This document shows, in pieces, positions 23,848 through 33,674 of a stretch of 36,704 bases of DNA. The stretch's first letter is position 1. Each line of letters starts with the position of its first letter. The DNA lies in contig BQJX01000001.1 in assembly GCA_021604925.1 (NCBI GenBank), forward strand, positions 1-36,704, read 5' to 3'. Under the pieces are notes generated by a model, which worked only from the letters and a program-made list of their open reading frames with translations, was not told where the DNA came from and did no database searches. This stretch comes from Gemmatimonadota bacterium. Its GTDB lineage: Bacteria > ARS69. Position numbers and translations under genes: made by a program.

Positions 23848-25530
23848 ATGCGCCTCTTTCCACCCGAGTTCGAACCCAAACTCGCCACAGTGTTTCGCGA
23901 GGGGTACTCCGCGCAGGGCTTCACGCGAGACGCGCTCGCGGGGGTCGTGGTCGGCACGGTGGCTTTTCCGTTGGGCATCGCCTTTGCGATCGCCTCCGGC
24001 GTTCGCCCCGAACAGGGGATCTATACGGCCATCATTGCGGGGCTCGCAATCTCGCTCTTCGGCGGAAGTCGGGTCCAGATCGGGGGGCCGACCGGCGCCT
24101 TCGTCGTCCTTGTCGCCGCCATTGTCGGGGAGTTCGGGTACCAGGGCCTTGCGGTCGCGACCCTGATGGCCGGCTGCTTTCTCGCGATCATGGCGCTCGC
24201 GCGACTCGGTGACGTCATTCGTTTCATGCCGTACCCGGTCACCGTCGGATTCACGACCGGAATCGCCGTGATCATCGCGACCACCCAGGTCGGCGACGCG
24301 CTCGGGCTCGAAACCGGAGTGGTACCCGCGGACTTCCTTGCGAAGCTCTCTGCCTACGCGGCCAACATCCAAACGTTGAATGTCGGCGCCGCCGCGACCT
24401 TCCTCGGCACCGTCGCGATCATCCAGCTGTGGCCGAAGGTGACGAACCGCATACCGGGCCCAATGGTCGCGCTCGTGGCATCGACAGCGATCGTCCACAT
24501 GCTCGGCCTGAACGTCGAAACGATCCACAGTCGGTTCGGAGATGTTCCCAGCTCCTTTCCGTCATTCAGGCTGCTGGAAGTCGACTGGAACCAAATCCCC
24601 GACCTCGTCTCTCCGGCAATCACCATTGCCCTGCTCGCGGCGATCGAGTCGCTTCTCAGTGCCGTCGTTGCCGATGGCCTCATCGGCGGCCGTCACCGCT
24701 CCAACGCGGAGCTTCTCGCGCAGGGAATCGCGAACGTGGCCTCGCCGCTGTTCGGCGGAATTCCCGCCACCGGTGCGATCGCGCGCACCGCGACCAACGT
24801 GCGGAACGGTGGGCGCACCCCGATCGCCGGAATCGTTCACGCGGCCACGCTCCTTGCCATCCTCGTGTTCGCCGGGAGGTGGGCATCCCTGATCCCGATG
24901 GCGACCATGGCGGGCATCCTGGTGGTCGTCGCCTACAACATGAGCGAGTGGCACGTGTTCCTGCGGCTGCTCAGCGGGCCGCGCAGCGATGCGCTCGTCC
25001 TGCTTGCCACGTTCTTCCTGACCGTGGTGGTGGATCTGACGGTCGCCATTCAAGTGGGGGTCGTGCTGGCATCCCTCCTGTTCATGCGCCGGATGGCGGA
25101 AGTCACGGAGGTGAAGCCCATCCGCGACATCGTCGACTACGACAAGGTGGACCTGGTCGAGGACGGCACGCTGGAGGTCCCCGCGGAAGTGGATGTCTTC
25201 GAGATCAATGGCTCGTTCTGCTTCGGTGCGGCCAGCAAGTTCACGGAGACGCTACTTGCTTCCCAGGGCACGCCGACCGTCGTCATTCTTCGGATGAGAT
25301 ATGTCCTGGCGATCGACGCGACCGGGCTCCATGCACTCGAGGAGGTGGCCAACCGACTACGGCACCGCGGGGCTCATCTGCTGCTCTCGGGTCTCCACGC
25401 TCAACCGCTGGTGGCCATGGAGCGAAGTGGTGCACTCGCGCGGATCGGCGAGGATCAGTTGTTCGGCAGCTTCGCGGATGCCGTATCGCACGCGCGGCGC
25501 CTGGTAGACGAAGCCAAGAAGCATTCCTAG
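23848..25530 (+). CDS. SulP family inorganic anion transporter with C-terminal STAS domain
   Basis: ORF 23848..25530. YSAQGFTRDALAGVVVGTVAFPLGIAFAIASGV, QIGGPTGAFVV, GIPATGAIARTATNVRNGGRTP. STAS-like C-terminus. Confidence 0.9.
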   Translation: MRLFPPEFEPKLATVFREGYSAQGFTRDALAGVVVGTVAFPLGIAFAIASGVRPEQGIYTAIIAGLAISLFGGSRVQIGGPTGAFVVLVAAIVGEFGYQGLAVATLMAGCFLAIMALARLGDVIRFMPYPVTVGFTTGIAVIIATTQVGDALGLETGVVPADFLAKLSAYAANIQTLNVGAAATFLGTVAIIQLWPKVTNRIPGPMVALVASTAIVHMLGLNVETIHSRFGDVPSSFPSFRLLEVDWNQIPDLVSPAITIALLAAIESLLSAVVADGLIGGRHRSNAELLAQGIANVASPLFGGIPATGAIARTATNVRNGGRTPIAGIVHAATLLAILVFAGRWASLIPMATMAGILVVVAYNMSEWHVFLRLLSGPRSDALVLLATFFLTVVVDLTVAIQVGVVLASLLFMRRMAEVTEVKPIRDIVDYDKVDLVEDGTLEVPAEVDVFEINGSFCFGAASKFTETLLASQGTPTVVILRMRYVLAIDATGLHALEEVANRLRHRGAHLLLSGLHAQPLVAMERSGALARIGEDQLFGSFADAVSHARRLVDEAKKHS

Positions 25531-25547
25531 CGTACGCGGATGCTCCT

Positions 25548-25650
25548 GCATTGGGATTGCAGCAGATGAGGACCGCGGCGCATACTGGGGATCCGTTGGA
25601 GGGCTCTGCACCCGGGCGGCGAGGGTCGGCTGGCGTCCGCCCGCGCTGGA
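25548..25650 (+). repeat. type A attC-like repeat, degenerate left box
   Basis: GCATTGGGATTGCAGCAGATGAGGACCGCGGCGCATACTGGGG. TTGCAG 25557-25562 / CATACT 25581-25586 (18-nt spacer). Tail GATCCGTTGGAGGGCTCTG resembles the 11059 copy. Confidence 0.5.
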
Positions 25651-25656
25651 AGCGAG

Positions 25657-26073
25657 GTGACCGTGGTGGACGAAGCCGCATCCGAAGCGGCCCGCTTGGC
25701 CGTCGGCGAAGTCTATGCGGAGTACGCCGCGAGCATGCTTGCAGGCAGTGCGTCTCGATACGGTGCCCTGTGGACGGACGATGGTGTCCAGATGGCGCCG
25801 GACGCCATGCCCGTCGTCGGGCGGCAGGAGATCGAGCGCGGCATCGGCTTGGTGTTCGAAAGTATCGAGTTCGTGGCCTTCGAGATTCTCGTGGACGAGA
25901 TCCAGGTCGCCGGCGACTGGGGGTACTGCAGGGGAACCTTCACGAACACGGTGGTCCAGCGCGGGGCTGAGGAGTTGCACCATTCCGCCGGCAAGTTCCT
26001 GACCATCCTGGCCCGCGGCTCCGACGGATCCTGGAAGGTCCATCGGGACATGTTCAATTCCAACCCGACATGA
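25657..26073 (+). CDS. SnoaL-like / DUF4440 (NTF2 fold) protein
   Basis: ORF 25657..26073 (GTG start region after GAGGTGA). YGALWTDDGVQMAPDAMPVVGRQEI...GKFLTILARGSDGSWKVHRDMFN. Confidence 0.75.
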   Translation: MTVVDEAASEAARLAVGEVYAEYAASMLAGSASRYGALWTDDGVQMAPDAMPVVGRQEIERGIGLVFESIEFVAFEILVDEIQVAGDWGYCRGTFTNTVVQRGAEELHHSAGKFLTILARGSDGSWKVHRDMFNSNPT

Positions 26074-26300
26074 TCAAGCCGCCCCTACCGTCCAGCTCTT
26101 CGCGACACCCGCAGGTGCAGCGCACATCGTCGGTCGAACGGGGCCGAAGCAACGCTCAACATTCCCCATCCCTAGCGGGGAGCTGGTCGGCGCCATCCGC
26201 CTGATGTCCTTGTCCGAGGCCCATTCGCGAGCGCAGCTCGGCCTCCCGAGTCCGAGTGTTTCCTGCGGACGGCAGCGCCCGTAGCTACTACCCTGTGCCC

Positions 26301-28985
26301 ATGCGTGAGAAAATCGGATCCTTCGAAATCCTCCGAGAGCTCGGCCGTGGCGGCATGGGTGTGGTGTACCTGGGCCGGGACACCCGGCTCGATCGGGAAG
26401 TGGCCATCAAGGTGCTTCCCGAGCACTTGGCCTCCGATTCGTCGCGGCTGGCGCGCTTCGAGCGCGAGGCGAAGACGCTCGCCAGCTTGAGCCATCCGAA
26501 CGTGGCCGGGATCTACGGGGTCGAGGAGCAGGACGGCTCCAAGTACCTCGTGCTCGAGTTCGTGAACGGCGAAACGCTCGCGGATCGGCTGGATCGAGGG
26601 CCGCTGCCCGTTCACGAAGCGATCGAGTGCGCGATTCAGATCAGCGCGGGGATGGCGGCCGCGCACGAAGCCGGCATGATCCACCGCGACCTCAAGCCGG
26701 CCAACATCATGGTCACGCCGGACGGCGTGGCCAAAGTCCTCGACTTCGGCCTTGCGAAGGCGGACCCCACCAGTTCGCTTTCGGGAGATTCCGCGCCGAC
26801 GGCCACTCAGCACCAGTCGCATCACTCGCCCACCATCGAAGGCGCGATCCTGGGGACCGTCGGGTACATGTCGCCGGAACAGGCGCGCGGCCGACGCATC
26901 GACAAGCGCACGGATACCTGGTCGTTCGGAGTGGTGCTCTACGAGATGCTGACCGGCACGAACCCGTTCGTCGGCGAGACGGCAAGCGACTCGATCGGGG
27001 CGATCCTGCACAAGGACTTCGACCTGAGCCGGCTTCCCGCTGACACTCCTGCCAACGTCCGCCGGGTCCTGGAGCGCTGTCTCGAGCGCGATCCGTCCAA
27101 GCGGCACCGGGACTTCGGCGACCTGGAGATCGAACTGCGCCGGGAGGAGCCCGCTTCTCCTGCCCAGGCACCTCCCGCGCCGCCCGGGCGGCGGCTGCTT
27201 GGCGTGGGAGCGGCCGGAATCGCACTGGCCACCGTCGCGGCGACCGTGACCTGGTTCGCGGCCACGCGGGTCCCGCTCGAGTCCGATCGGTCGGTCCGAA
27301 AGACCGATCTCCTTCAGGTGGAGTGGTCGGACCGGCCCGGGAGCATGAAGCCCGCGATCTCGCCGGACGGGAAGCGCGTGGCCTTCATCCTCGACGATCA
27401 GGTTCAGGTTCGGTCGCTCGACGCGTTCGAGGTCGTGCCGGTTCCGGGCACGGAAGGAGCCGAGACCGTCTTCTGGTCCGCGGACAGCCGCAACCTCGGG
27501 ATCACGACGGACGAGGGCATCTTCACCTTGTTCGGGCTCGCCGGTCGCCCGATGCCCGTGTCCGAGCTCAGGACCCAGTACTCGCAGACCTGGACTCAGG
27601 ACGGACGGATTCTCGCGTCGGTCGACGGGCAGGAGTTCGTCGGGATCGTTTCGATTCCCGAGATGGGCGGAGAAGCGCGGTTGGCGCTGGAGGCCGATCC
27701 GGAGTCGGTCGTGGACTATCACGATTTCGCGGTGATCCCGGGCACGAACGTGACCGTGGCCATCCAGCACTCGATCAACGGCGAGTCTCCGCTCGTGGCC
27801 CACGACGGAACCCGAACCGTGACGATCGCGGATTTCCCCAACCTCTTCAGCTCGGGCTGCGCGTGGTCGCCGACGGGCCACGTGTTGTTCACCGTGGGGG
27901 TGGGAACGCTTCAGGACTTGTGGGCGGTTCCCTTCTCGCCCGAGCGCATGGAACGGACGGGCGAGCCGTTTCTGGTGATGCCGAACGTGGGTGTCCCGTC
28001 GGTCGCGAACGACGGCACGATCGCGGTTCTCCGCGGCCTCAGCGACCCGCCTACGGGAAGTGAGCTCGGTTGGGTGCATCCGGACGGCGAGTTCGAGAGC
28101 ATCAGCGCGAGAGAGGACCCCGTCGCCTTTCCGGTGGCATCGCCCAACGGCAACCTGTTGGCGTTCGCCGGGGATATCACCGCGAGCTCTGCGGACGTAT
28201 GGGTTCACGACTTCGAACGAGGGTTCAGTCGGCGGATCACGAAGGACGATGAAGTTCGCATCCCGATCGCCTGGTCACCGGATGGTTCCGAGATCATGAT
28301 CCTGAGCCTGAATCTATCCGGCGAACAGGGCGTAACGACGCACTTCCACGCGGCCGATGGCAGCGGCGAGACGCGCGAGCCGATCCATGCCTTCGTTCTC
28401 GGCGTGGATCGGAGCTGGAAGTCGGCAGCCACGATCCAGTGGTCGCTCGTCAGTCGAGACACCGAGAAGGTCTCGGTCATCCAGCTGCACGATCCCTCCG
28501 CGGTCCTGAACACGATCGACACCCCGGGGCTCCCGGGGCTCGGCTTCGGGGAGCTCATCCGCGTGGCGATCAGCCCGGACGGGAACCACATGCTCTACGA
28601 GTCGTCCCGGTCCGGGCGGGAGGAGATCTACTGTGTGGAGTGGCCGACCGGTGCGGGCCTGCAGCAGGTCTCGACCGAGGGAGGGAAGGACCCCAACTGG
28701 TCAACCAACGGGTCTCGCGCGATCTTTTCGAGCAACGAGGACGGCGAGTTCCTGCAGGCCGATGCGAACCGGAACGGCCCCCTCTCCTTCTCGCGCCCTC
28801 GACGGCTCTTTCCGGACGGGGTTGATTCATCGGACCTCGCGCAACTCAGTCCGACCCACCAAGAGGGCCAACTGGTGGCGGTCCGCTCGAGCAGCGATGA
28901 GGTGCCACGGGATCCGTACTTCATCTCGATCATCGAGAACTGGCACGAGTCGTTCCGGGAACACGAGAGCGGACGTGCGCCTTGA
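26301..28985 (+). CDS. Ser/Thr protein kinase with TM segment and C-terminal PD40/TolB-like beta-propeller
   Basis: ORF 26256..28985. ATG 26301. [43 protein letters not shown] segment [23 protein letters not shown]. Repeated (I/W)SPDG... PD40 units. Confidence 0.9.
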   Translation: MREKIGSFEILRELGRGGMGVVYLGRDTRLDREVAIKVLPEHLASDSSRLARFEREAKTLASLSHPNVAGIYGVEEQDGSKYLVLEFVNGETLADRLDRGPLPVHEAIECAIQISAGMAAAHEAGMIHRDLKPANIMVTPDGVAKVLDFGLAKADPTSSLSGDSAPTATQHQSHHSPTIEGAILGTVGYMSPEQARGRRIDKRTDTWSFGVVLYEMLTGTNPFVGETASDSIGAILHKDFDLSRLPADTPANVRRVLERCLERDPSKRHRDFGDLEIELRREEPASPAQAPPAPPGRRLLGVGAAGIALATVAATVTWFAATRVPLESDRSVRKTDLLQVEWSDRPGSMKPAISPDGKRVAFILDDQVQVRSLDAFEVVPVPGTEGAETVFWSADSRNLGITTDEGIFTLFGLAGRPMPVSELRTQYSQTWTQDGRILASVDGQEFVGIVSIPEMGGEARLALEADPESVVDYHDFAVIPGTNVTVAIQHSINGESPLVAHDGTRTVTIADFPNLFSSGCAWSPTGHVLFTVGVGTLQDLWAVPFSPERMERTGEPFLVMPNVGVPSVANDGTIAVLRGLSDPPTGSELGWVHPDGEFESISAREDPVAFPVASPNGNLLAFAGDITASSADVWVHDFERGFSRRITKDDEVRIPIAWSPDGSEIMILSLNLSGEQGVTTHFHAADGSGETREPIHAFVLGVDRSWKSAATIQWSLVSRDTEKVSVIQLHDPSAVLNTIDTPGLPGLGFGELIRVAISPDGNHMLYESSRSGREEIYCVEWPTGAGLQQVSTEGGKDPNWSTNGSRAIFSSNEDGEFLQADANRNGPLSFSRPRRLFPDGVDSSDLAQLSPTHQEGQLVAVRSSSDEVPRDPYFISIIENWHESFREHESGRAP

Positions 28986-29046
28986 TGGACTCGGCACGGT
29001 ACCCGCGGCGGAAGTGCAGAACGTCGGCCGGCAAGGAGGGCGGCGG

Positions 29047-29595
29047 GTGAGAGGGTCGGTGTTCGTAGGGACCAGCCTGGATGGGTTCATCGCTCGGGCG
29101 GACGGCGGCCTGGACTTTCTGCCAACGGATGACAGCGAGTCCCATGGCTTCGAGGAGTTTCTGGCCTCGGTGGACGGCCTGGTCATGGGCCGGAAGACGT
29201 ATGACTTCGTCGCAGACTCGGGCGAGTGGTTCTATGGCCGGAAGCCCGTGTTCGTCCTCACGTCACGCGATCTCGGGGAGCCGCCCGAGGGAGCGATCGT
29301 GGAGCGCGTGTCGGGCAGCCCCGAGGACGTCGCGCGATTGCTCGACGTGCGGGGCATCCGAGACGCTTACATCGATGGCGGAAGCACGGTTCAGCAGTTT
29401 CTTCGAGCGGGCCTCATTCAACGGCTGATCGTCACGCGCGTCCCCGTGCTCATCGGTTCGGGGATCTCACTCTTCGGTGCCCTTGAGGATGATATCCTCC
29501 TGCGGCACGTCGCGACCCGTCAGTTCAAGAGCGGGCTTGTCCAGAGTGAGTATGAGGTTGCGGGGCAACCCACTGGCGAGCACCGCGGCGAATAG
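29047..29595 (+). CDS. dihydrofolate reductase family protein (RibD C-terminal domain)
   Basis: In frame with ORF 28633..29595. GTG 29047 lies 6 nt after AAGGAGGG. VFVGTSLDGFIARADGGLDFL, LVMGRKTYDF, IDGGSTVQQFLRAGLIQRLIVTRVPVLIGSGISLF. Confidence 0.8.
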   Translation: MRGSVFVGTSLDGFIARADGGLDFLPTDDSESHGFEEFLASVDGLVMGRKTYDFVADSGEWFYGRKPVFVLTSRDLGEPPEGAIVERVSGSPEDVARLLDVRGIRDAYIDGGSTVQQFLRAGLIQRLIVTRVPVLIGSGISLFGALEDDILLRHVATRQFKSGLVQSEYEVAGQPTGEHRGE

Positions 29596-29662
29596 TGAGG
29601 GACGGTCGAGTCGCCCGTCCTGCGGTTGTCGTAGCTGAACGTCACCGTTTCCGGAGGCACCC

Positions 29663-29788
29663 GTGACACTCTCCGACCGAGCCAGGGGCGTGCTGCACCA
29701 GAGGGAGTTCATGGCCGCCCTGGCCGACGACTTGCTTCGGTTGTACCGGACCAACCATCCCGCGGAAGCGGAAGGGGGCCCGGGATGA
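29663..29788 (+). CDS. small ORF (41 aa), hypothetical
   Basis: Not in the ORF track (short). GTG 29663 lies 5 nt after GGAGG. VTLSDRARGVLHQREFMAALADDLLRLYRTNHPAEAEGGPG*. Its stop overlaps the ATG of the downstream GNAT (ATGA). Confidence 0.25.
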   Translation: MTLSDRARGVLHQREFMAALADDLLRLYRTNHPAEAEGGPG

Positions 29789-30327
29789 AGATTCGCGATC
29801 TCGAACGCGGCGAGCTCGGCGACCTCTGGTCGATCGACCGAGCGGAGCTCATCGAGAAGGTCTACCGCTGCCAGGGCACCGAGCTGGTTCTCAAGCCGGC
29901 GAATCACGACGTGCGCGGTTGGCCGGCGGGCGAACGAGAGCGCACCGGTCCGATCCTGCTCGACTGCTTCGATCGCGGGGGAACGTTCCACGGAGCGTTC
30001 GATGGCGAGACGCTGATTGGCGCGATGGTGCTCGAAAGCCGCTTCATCGGACGAGAGAAGGACCAGCTCCAGCTGACGTTCCTTCACGTCAGCCGACGCT
30101 ACCGAAAGACGGGGCTGGGGTGCCTGCTCTTCAGGCGGGCGGTTCAGCGCGCCCGAGAACTCGGAGCGCGCCGACTGTACATCTCCGCCACTTCATCCGA
30201 GAACACGGTGGGGTTCTACCTTCGTCGGGGTTGCCGCGTGACGGAGGATGTCGACGCCGCCCTGTTCGAGCTGGAGCCCGAAGACATCCATCTGGAGTTC
30301 GACATTCCGGTTGGAGTGGGCGAGTAG
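29785..30327 (+). CDS. GNAT family N-acetyltransferase
   Basis: ORF 29785..30327. LHVSRRYRKTGLGCLLFRRAVQRARELGARRLYISATSSENTVGFYLRRGC. Confidence 0.85.
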   Translation: MKIRDLERGELGDLWSIDRAELIEKVYRCQGTELVLKPANHDVRGWPAGERERTGPILLDCFDRGGTFHGAFDGETLIGAMVLESRFIGREKDQLQLTFLHVSRRYRKTGLGCLLFRRAVQRARELGARRLYISATSSENTVGFYLRRGCRVTEDVDAALFELEPEDIHLEFDIPVGVGE

Positions 30328-30355
30328 GGGGGGCGTGCCTCCCAGGTCGCCCGCT

Positions 30356-30400
30356 CCCCCGGTGCTCACAGCTGAAACTCAATGCCGCCAGGCCGACAGG
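30356..30400 (+). repeat. type A repeat right-half remnant
   Basis: CCCCCGGTGCTCACAGCTGAAACTCAATGCCGCCAGGCCGACAGG aligns with CCGCGGTGCTCGCGGCTGAGATCCTTGCCGCCAGGCGGCAGACC (13219-13262). There is no left half or core. Confidence 0.4.
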
Positions 30401-30413
30401 AGTGTCGAGGTCG

Positions 30414-31049
30414 ATGAAAGCAACTCCGAAGTCGAAGATTCGCGATCTCTACGACTCGACGGCGGACTCGTACGCCCGGATGATGGACACGGAGATCGAC
30501 CTGCCACTGTACTCCGACGTTCTCGGTCGCCTCGCAGAGCGGATCACTGCGATCCGCGGTCCGGTCCTGGACACGTCCTGCGGATCGGGTCACATGTTGT
30601 TTCGGTACCGTGAACAGTACGACCCGGAGCGATCGGTCGTCGGTGTGGACCTCTCCCCCCGCATGGTCTCCCTTGCGAGACGCAAGTTGGGGTCCCAGGC
30701 AGAGATCCTGGTGGGCGACATGCGTGACCTGGGGCGGATCGAAACCGCTTCCTCCGCCGCAGTGCTGAGCTTCTTTGCGCTGCACCATCTCGATCCTGCC
30801 GATATCGTGCTGGCCCTTGAGGAGTGGCGACGCATCCTGCGCGCGGGCGGTCAACTCGTGCTGGCCACCTGGGAAGGAACCGGTGCCATCGACTATGGAG
30901 GAGACTCGGATGTCGTGGCGCTGCGATACCGCGAACGAGAGATCCGGGATTGGGTAGGGGCGGCCGGGTTCTCGGTGAGCCGATGTGTCGTGGAGCCCGT
31001 GGAGGGATTCCCCATGGACGCCGTGTACCTGGAAGGGACTCAAGAGTAG
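30414..31049 (+). CDS. class I SAM-dependent methyltransferase
   Basis: In frame with ORF 29919..31049. ATG 30414. VLDTSCGSGHMLF, VGVDLSPRMV, LSFFALHHL, LRAGGQLVLATW. Confidence 0.85.
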   Translation: MKATPKSKIRDLYDSTADSYARMMDTEIDLPLYSDVLGRLAERITAIRGPVLDTSCGSGHMLFRYREQYDPERSVVGVDLSPRMVSLARRKLGSQAEILVGDMRDLGRIETASSAAVLSFFALHHLDPADIVLALEEWRRILRAGGQLVLATWEGTGAIDYGGDSDVVALRYREREIRDWVGAAGFSVSRCVVEPVEGFPMDAVYLEGTQE

Positions 31050-31101
31050 CGATCAGGCGTTCGATCGAGCGTCGACGGGTGACGCCTGCTCTGGTGGCCC
31101 G

Positions 31102-31551
31102 TCAGCGCCACATCCCCCGCGCAATCGCCGTGGCCAGGCAAACGATGACCACCACGATCCCCGCCTGCGCGTGACTGATTCGCGCAAGGGCGCGGGCGGC
31201 TGACGTGTCCGGCGAACCGCCCTTGGCCAGCTTCTTCCGCCAGCCTATCAGCACGACCATCGGCCACACCTCCAGCGCCAGGATGAGCCCTACGAGGCCG
31301 AGCTTCGCGTGGAAGAGTCCGGTGGTCAGGTAGAACTCCGTGCCCTTTTCGATGGAGGAGAAGGCGCGGATCAGGCCCGTGGCAATCCAGAGGAAGCCCG
31401 CCAGGCCCCACAGCGCATCCGTGAGGAACACGCGGCGGAAGCCCGCGTCATCCAGCGTTCCCTTCAGCGCACGGGCGCGCGCGTACGCCGCCCCCAGGCC
31501 GATGCCGAGGGCGAGCAGATGCAATGTCGCAAGGATCCATCGGAGTTCCAT
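31102..31551 (-). CDS. small integral membrane protein (DUF2214-like)
   Basis: ORF 31102..31587. ATG 31551 (MELRWILATLHLLALGIGLG...). Four hydrophobic helices. The family call comes from memory only. Confidence 0.6.
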   Translation of the reverse strand: MELRWILATLHLLALGIGLGAAYARARALKGTLDDAGFRRVFLTDALWGLAGFLWIATGLIRAFSSIEKGTEFYLTTGLFHAKLGLVGLILALEVWPMVVLIGWRKKLAKGGSPDTSAARALARISHAQAGIVVVIVCLATAIARGMWR

Positions 31552-31973
31552 CGGGAGAGCATAGGCCAGGGAGCGGCAAAGCGGCAACAGGCATTGGGAT
31601 CCGGACCCATAGACGAGGCATCTCCGAAGCCGCCCAGGAGTTCTTCCGATGCCACGATGTCGCGCATGTCGTGTTTGGGTGTTCGACCGAGCTCCCGGAC
31701 GAGGGAGTTGTGAAGATGTGGAGCCTCTTCGGCACCAGTGCAGGGTTCGGTCTGCTGGCGGCCTATCGACTCCCCGAGTCCAAAGAGATCTATGAGACGA
31801 TCGGTTGGGGCTCGGTCGTTTCCACCGCCGTTCGCATGATGCGACTCACCCCGATCACGCTCTGGCGTTGCTTTCGGATGGTCAAGCGGTGGCCGTGGTC
31901 ACAGTTCGATCGATACCTGGACGTGCCTCTGGCCCAGATCCGTCGCGAGTACGGCATCCGGCTGGTGGCTTGA
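31524..31973 (+). CDS. Coq4-like HDxxH-x11-E motif protein, start uncertain or possibly 5'-truncated
   Basis: ORF 31524..31973. FFRCHDVAHVVFGCSTELPDEG fits the Coq4-type zinc-ligand spacing HDxxH-(x)11-E. The N-terminal ~25 codons overlap the divergent 31102..31551 gene. Confidence 0.45.
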   Translation: MSQGSIGVPSGEHRPGSGKAATGIGIRTHRRGISEAAQEFFRCHDVAHVVFGCSTELPDEGVVKMWSLFGTSAGFGLLAAYRLPESKEIYETIGWGSVVSTAVRMMRLTPITLWRCFRMVKRWPWSQFDRYLDVPLAQIRREYGIRLVA

Positions 31974-32053
31974 TTGGCGAGAGGCGATGGCCGCCGGGTT
32001 CCGATCCGTCCGGCGGATGATGAGCCGTTCTCCGGGAGAGCGCGTTCGGAGGC

Positions 32054-32190
32054 AGCCAACCAGGGTTGCAACCATCGATCACCGCGGCGCATACTGTCTA
32101 CAGACGCGCAAGGGTTTCGCGAGTGACTCAACGCTGCCAGGGCATCTTCGCCATCCGCGGTACTCGCAACTGGACCGCCTACCGTGGGGC
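32054..32190 (+). repeat. type A attC-like repeat, long form
   Basis: AGCCAAC-CAG-GGTTGCAACC. TTGCAA 32066-32071 / CATACT 32090-32095 (18-nt spacer). Tail GGCATCTTCGCCATCCGCGGTACTCGCAACTGGACCGCCTACCGTGGGG parallels the 13111 copy. Confidence 0.6.
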
Positions 32191-32198
32191 TGACGCTC

Positions 32199-33065
32199 AT
32201 GGATCTCCCAAGCATCCTTTTGGCCACAGCGCTGAGCGTCCACAGCATCTCGCCGGGGCAGTTTCCGGGAGGCGAGATCCGAGTGGCTGCGCCCGAGAAC
32301 TGGGCGTTCTCCGGGGACGGGTTCAGTCCCATGCGCTATCTCACCGTAAGTGCATCCCTCAACAACCAAGGCAACGACAGGATGCGAGTGACCGCGCTGG
32401 TCGAGTCCGTCCACGTGGAGCCCACGCCGATCCCCCCCGGAGCCGCCCGGATCGACTCTGTCAAAGCCCGTTTCGGAGTTGGACAGTACGGCTCTCGCAT
32501 TTTCTACAACGAGCGCGCGTTCGAGGCCGCGTTGGAGCCGGGGACGATCTACGTTTCGATCGAATTCAGCTCGTTTCTTCCTCCCACCACGTACCTGTGG
32601 ACGGAGGATGATTCGCCACAGAGACGTTTGGAAGCGTTGGCGAGCGCGCGGGAACCCACCTGGGACACGGACCGCTCGCTCGGGTTTCAGTCGCTGCTTC
32701 TCTGCTGGGGGCGTCCCTGGATCGTCCGTCTCGTGGCCTGCAAGCCGTTTCGTGAGAGCGAGCTGGAGGAGGCATTCGCGATCGTGCGATCGATGACCTT
32801 CTCAAGTTCACGGCTCGTGAGCGAGCGCCATGCGGTTGAACTTGCGACCGCCGCTCTTCCCGATCACATGCGGATCTCCGAGGACTTGCGTACCGAGGAG
32901 GATCAGGCCAAACGGTACCATGACGTCGTTGTTCGAAAGGAGGAGGGCACGGTCTACGTCGAGTTTCGGCTCCTGGACGGAAGTGCCGACCGGACGATCC
33001 TGGATCGTCGCGCGTACCGCGTTGGCTGGAACCGTACGGTCACCGAGGTCGTGCCGGGGCCGTGA
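32199..33065 (+). CDS. hypothetical protein
   Basis: ORF 32184..33065. ATG 32199 is preferred because GTG 32184 lies inside the repeat tail. No family recognised. Confidence 0.55.
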   Translation: MDLPSILLATALSVHSISPGQFPGGEIRVAAPENWAFSGDGFSPMRYLTVSASLNNQGNDRMRVTALVESVHVEPTPIPPGAARIDSVKARFGVGQYGSRIFYNERAFEAALEPGTIYVSIEFSSFLPPTTYLWTEDDSPQRRLEALASAREPTWDTDRSLGFQSLLLCWGRPWIVRLVACKPFRESELEEAFAIVRSMTFSSSRLVSERHAVELATAALPDHMRISEDLRTEEDQAKRYHDVVVRKEEGTVYVEFRLLDGSADRTILDRRAYRVGWNRTVTEVVPGP

Positions 33066-33164
33066 AGCGCGCAGGGTGGTAGGTAGGGATCGAGCTGGTG
33101 CCTGGCGGCCAAGGCCGGTCCGGGGTGGGTTCTATTTCGTGGGGTAGGACCCGATCCATGTATC

Positions 33165-33213
33165 GTTGGCCGCTGAATCCAGCTGGAGGGATCCGCCCGT
33201 CCAGCTGTCCAAC
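33165..33213. repeat. 49-bp imperfect hairpin with core-site-like ends in reversed order
   Basis: GTTGGCC (33165-33171) ... CAGCTGGA / TCCAGCTG 8-bp stem ... GTCCAAC (33207-33213), i.e. an R'-like box first and an R''-like box last. Confidence 0.35.
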
Positions 33214-33237
33214 CAAACGACAGGAGTAGGAGGTCGA

Positions 33238-33624
33238 ATGAAGCGAGTCACCGGGATCGGCGGCATCTTCTTCAAGGCCAAAGACGCGCCGACGCTGCGG
33301 GCCTGGTACAAGCGCCACCTCGGCATCGACGTTCAGGAATGGGGAGGTACCGCGTTCTCCTGGAGCGATGCGGAGGGCAAGCCCACCGCGGGGATGACCA
33401 TCTGGTCCGTCGGTCCCGCGGAAGGTGACCAGTTCGCTCCCAGCCAGGCATCCTTCATGGTCAACTACCGGGTCGAGGACCTCCACGGCCTGGTCAAGCT
33501 TCTCAAGAAAGAAGGATGCGAAGTCCTCGACCGGATCGACGAATCGGAGTTCGGAAAGTTCGCGTGGGTCATCGACCCCGAGGGAAACAAGGTCGAGTTG
33601 TGGCAACCGCCGGCTGGCCAATGA
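33238..33624 (+). CDS. VOC/glyoxalase family protein
   Basis: In frame with ORF 33166..33624. ATG 33238 follows GGAGTAGGAGG. ITGIGGIFFKAKDAPTLRAWYKRHLGI...FAWVIDPEGNKVELWQP. Confidence 0.85.
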   Translation: MKRVTGIGGIFFKAKDAPTLRAWYKRHLGIDVQEWGGTAFSWSDAEGKPTAGMTIWSVGPAEGDQFAPSQASFMVNYRVEDLHGLVKLLKKEGCEVLDRIDESEFGKFAWVIDPEGNKVELWQPPAGQ

Positions 33625-33674
33625 ACTGGCCCGTCTCCGGCGACCGCGACTGAGCGGGGGAAGGTTCCGCCCAG

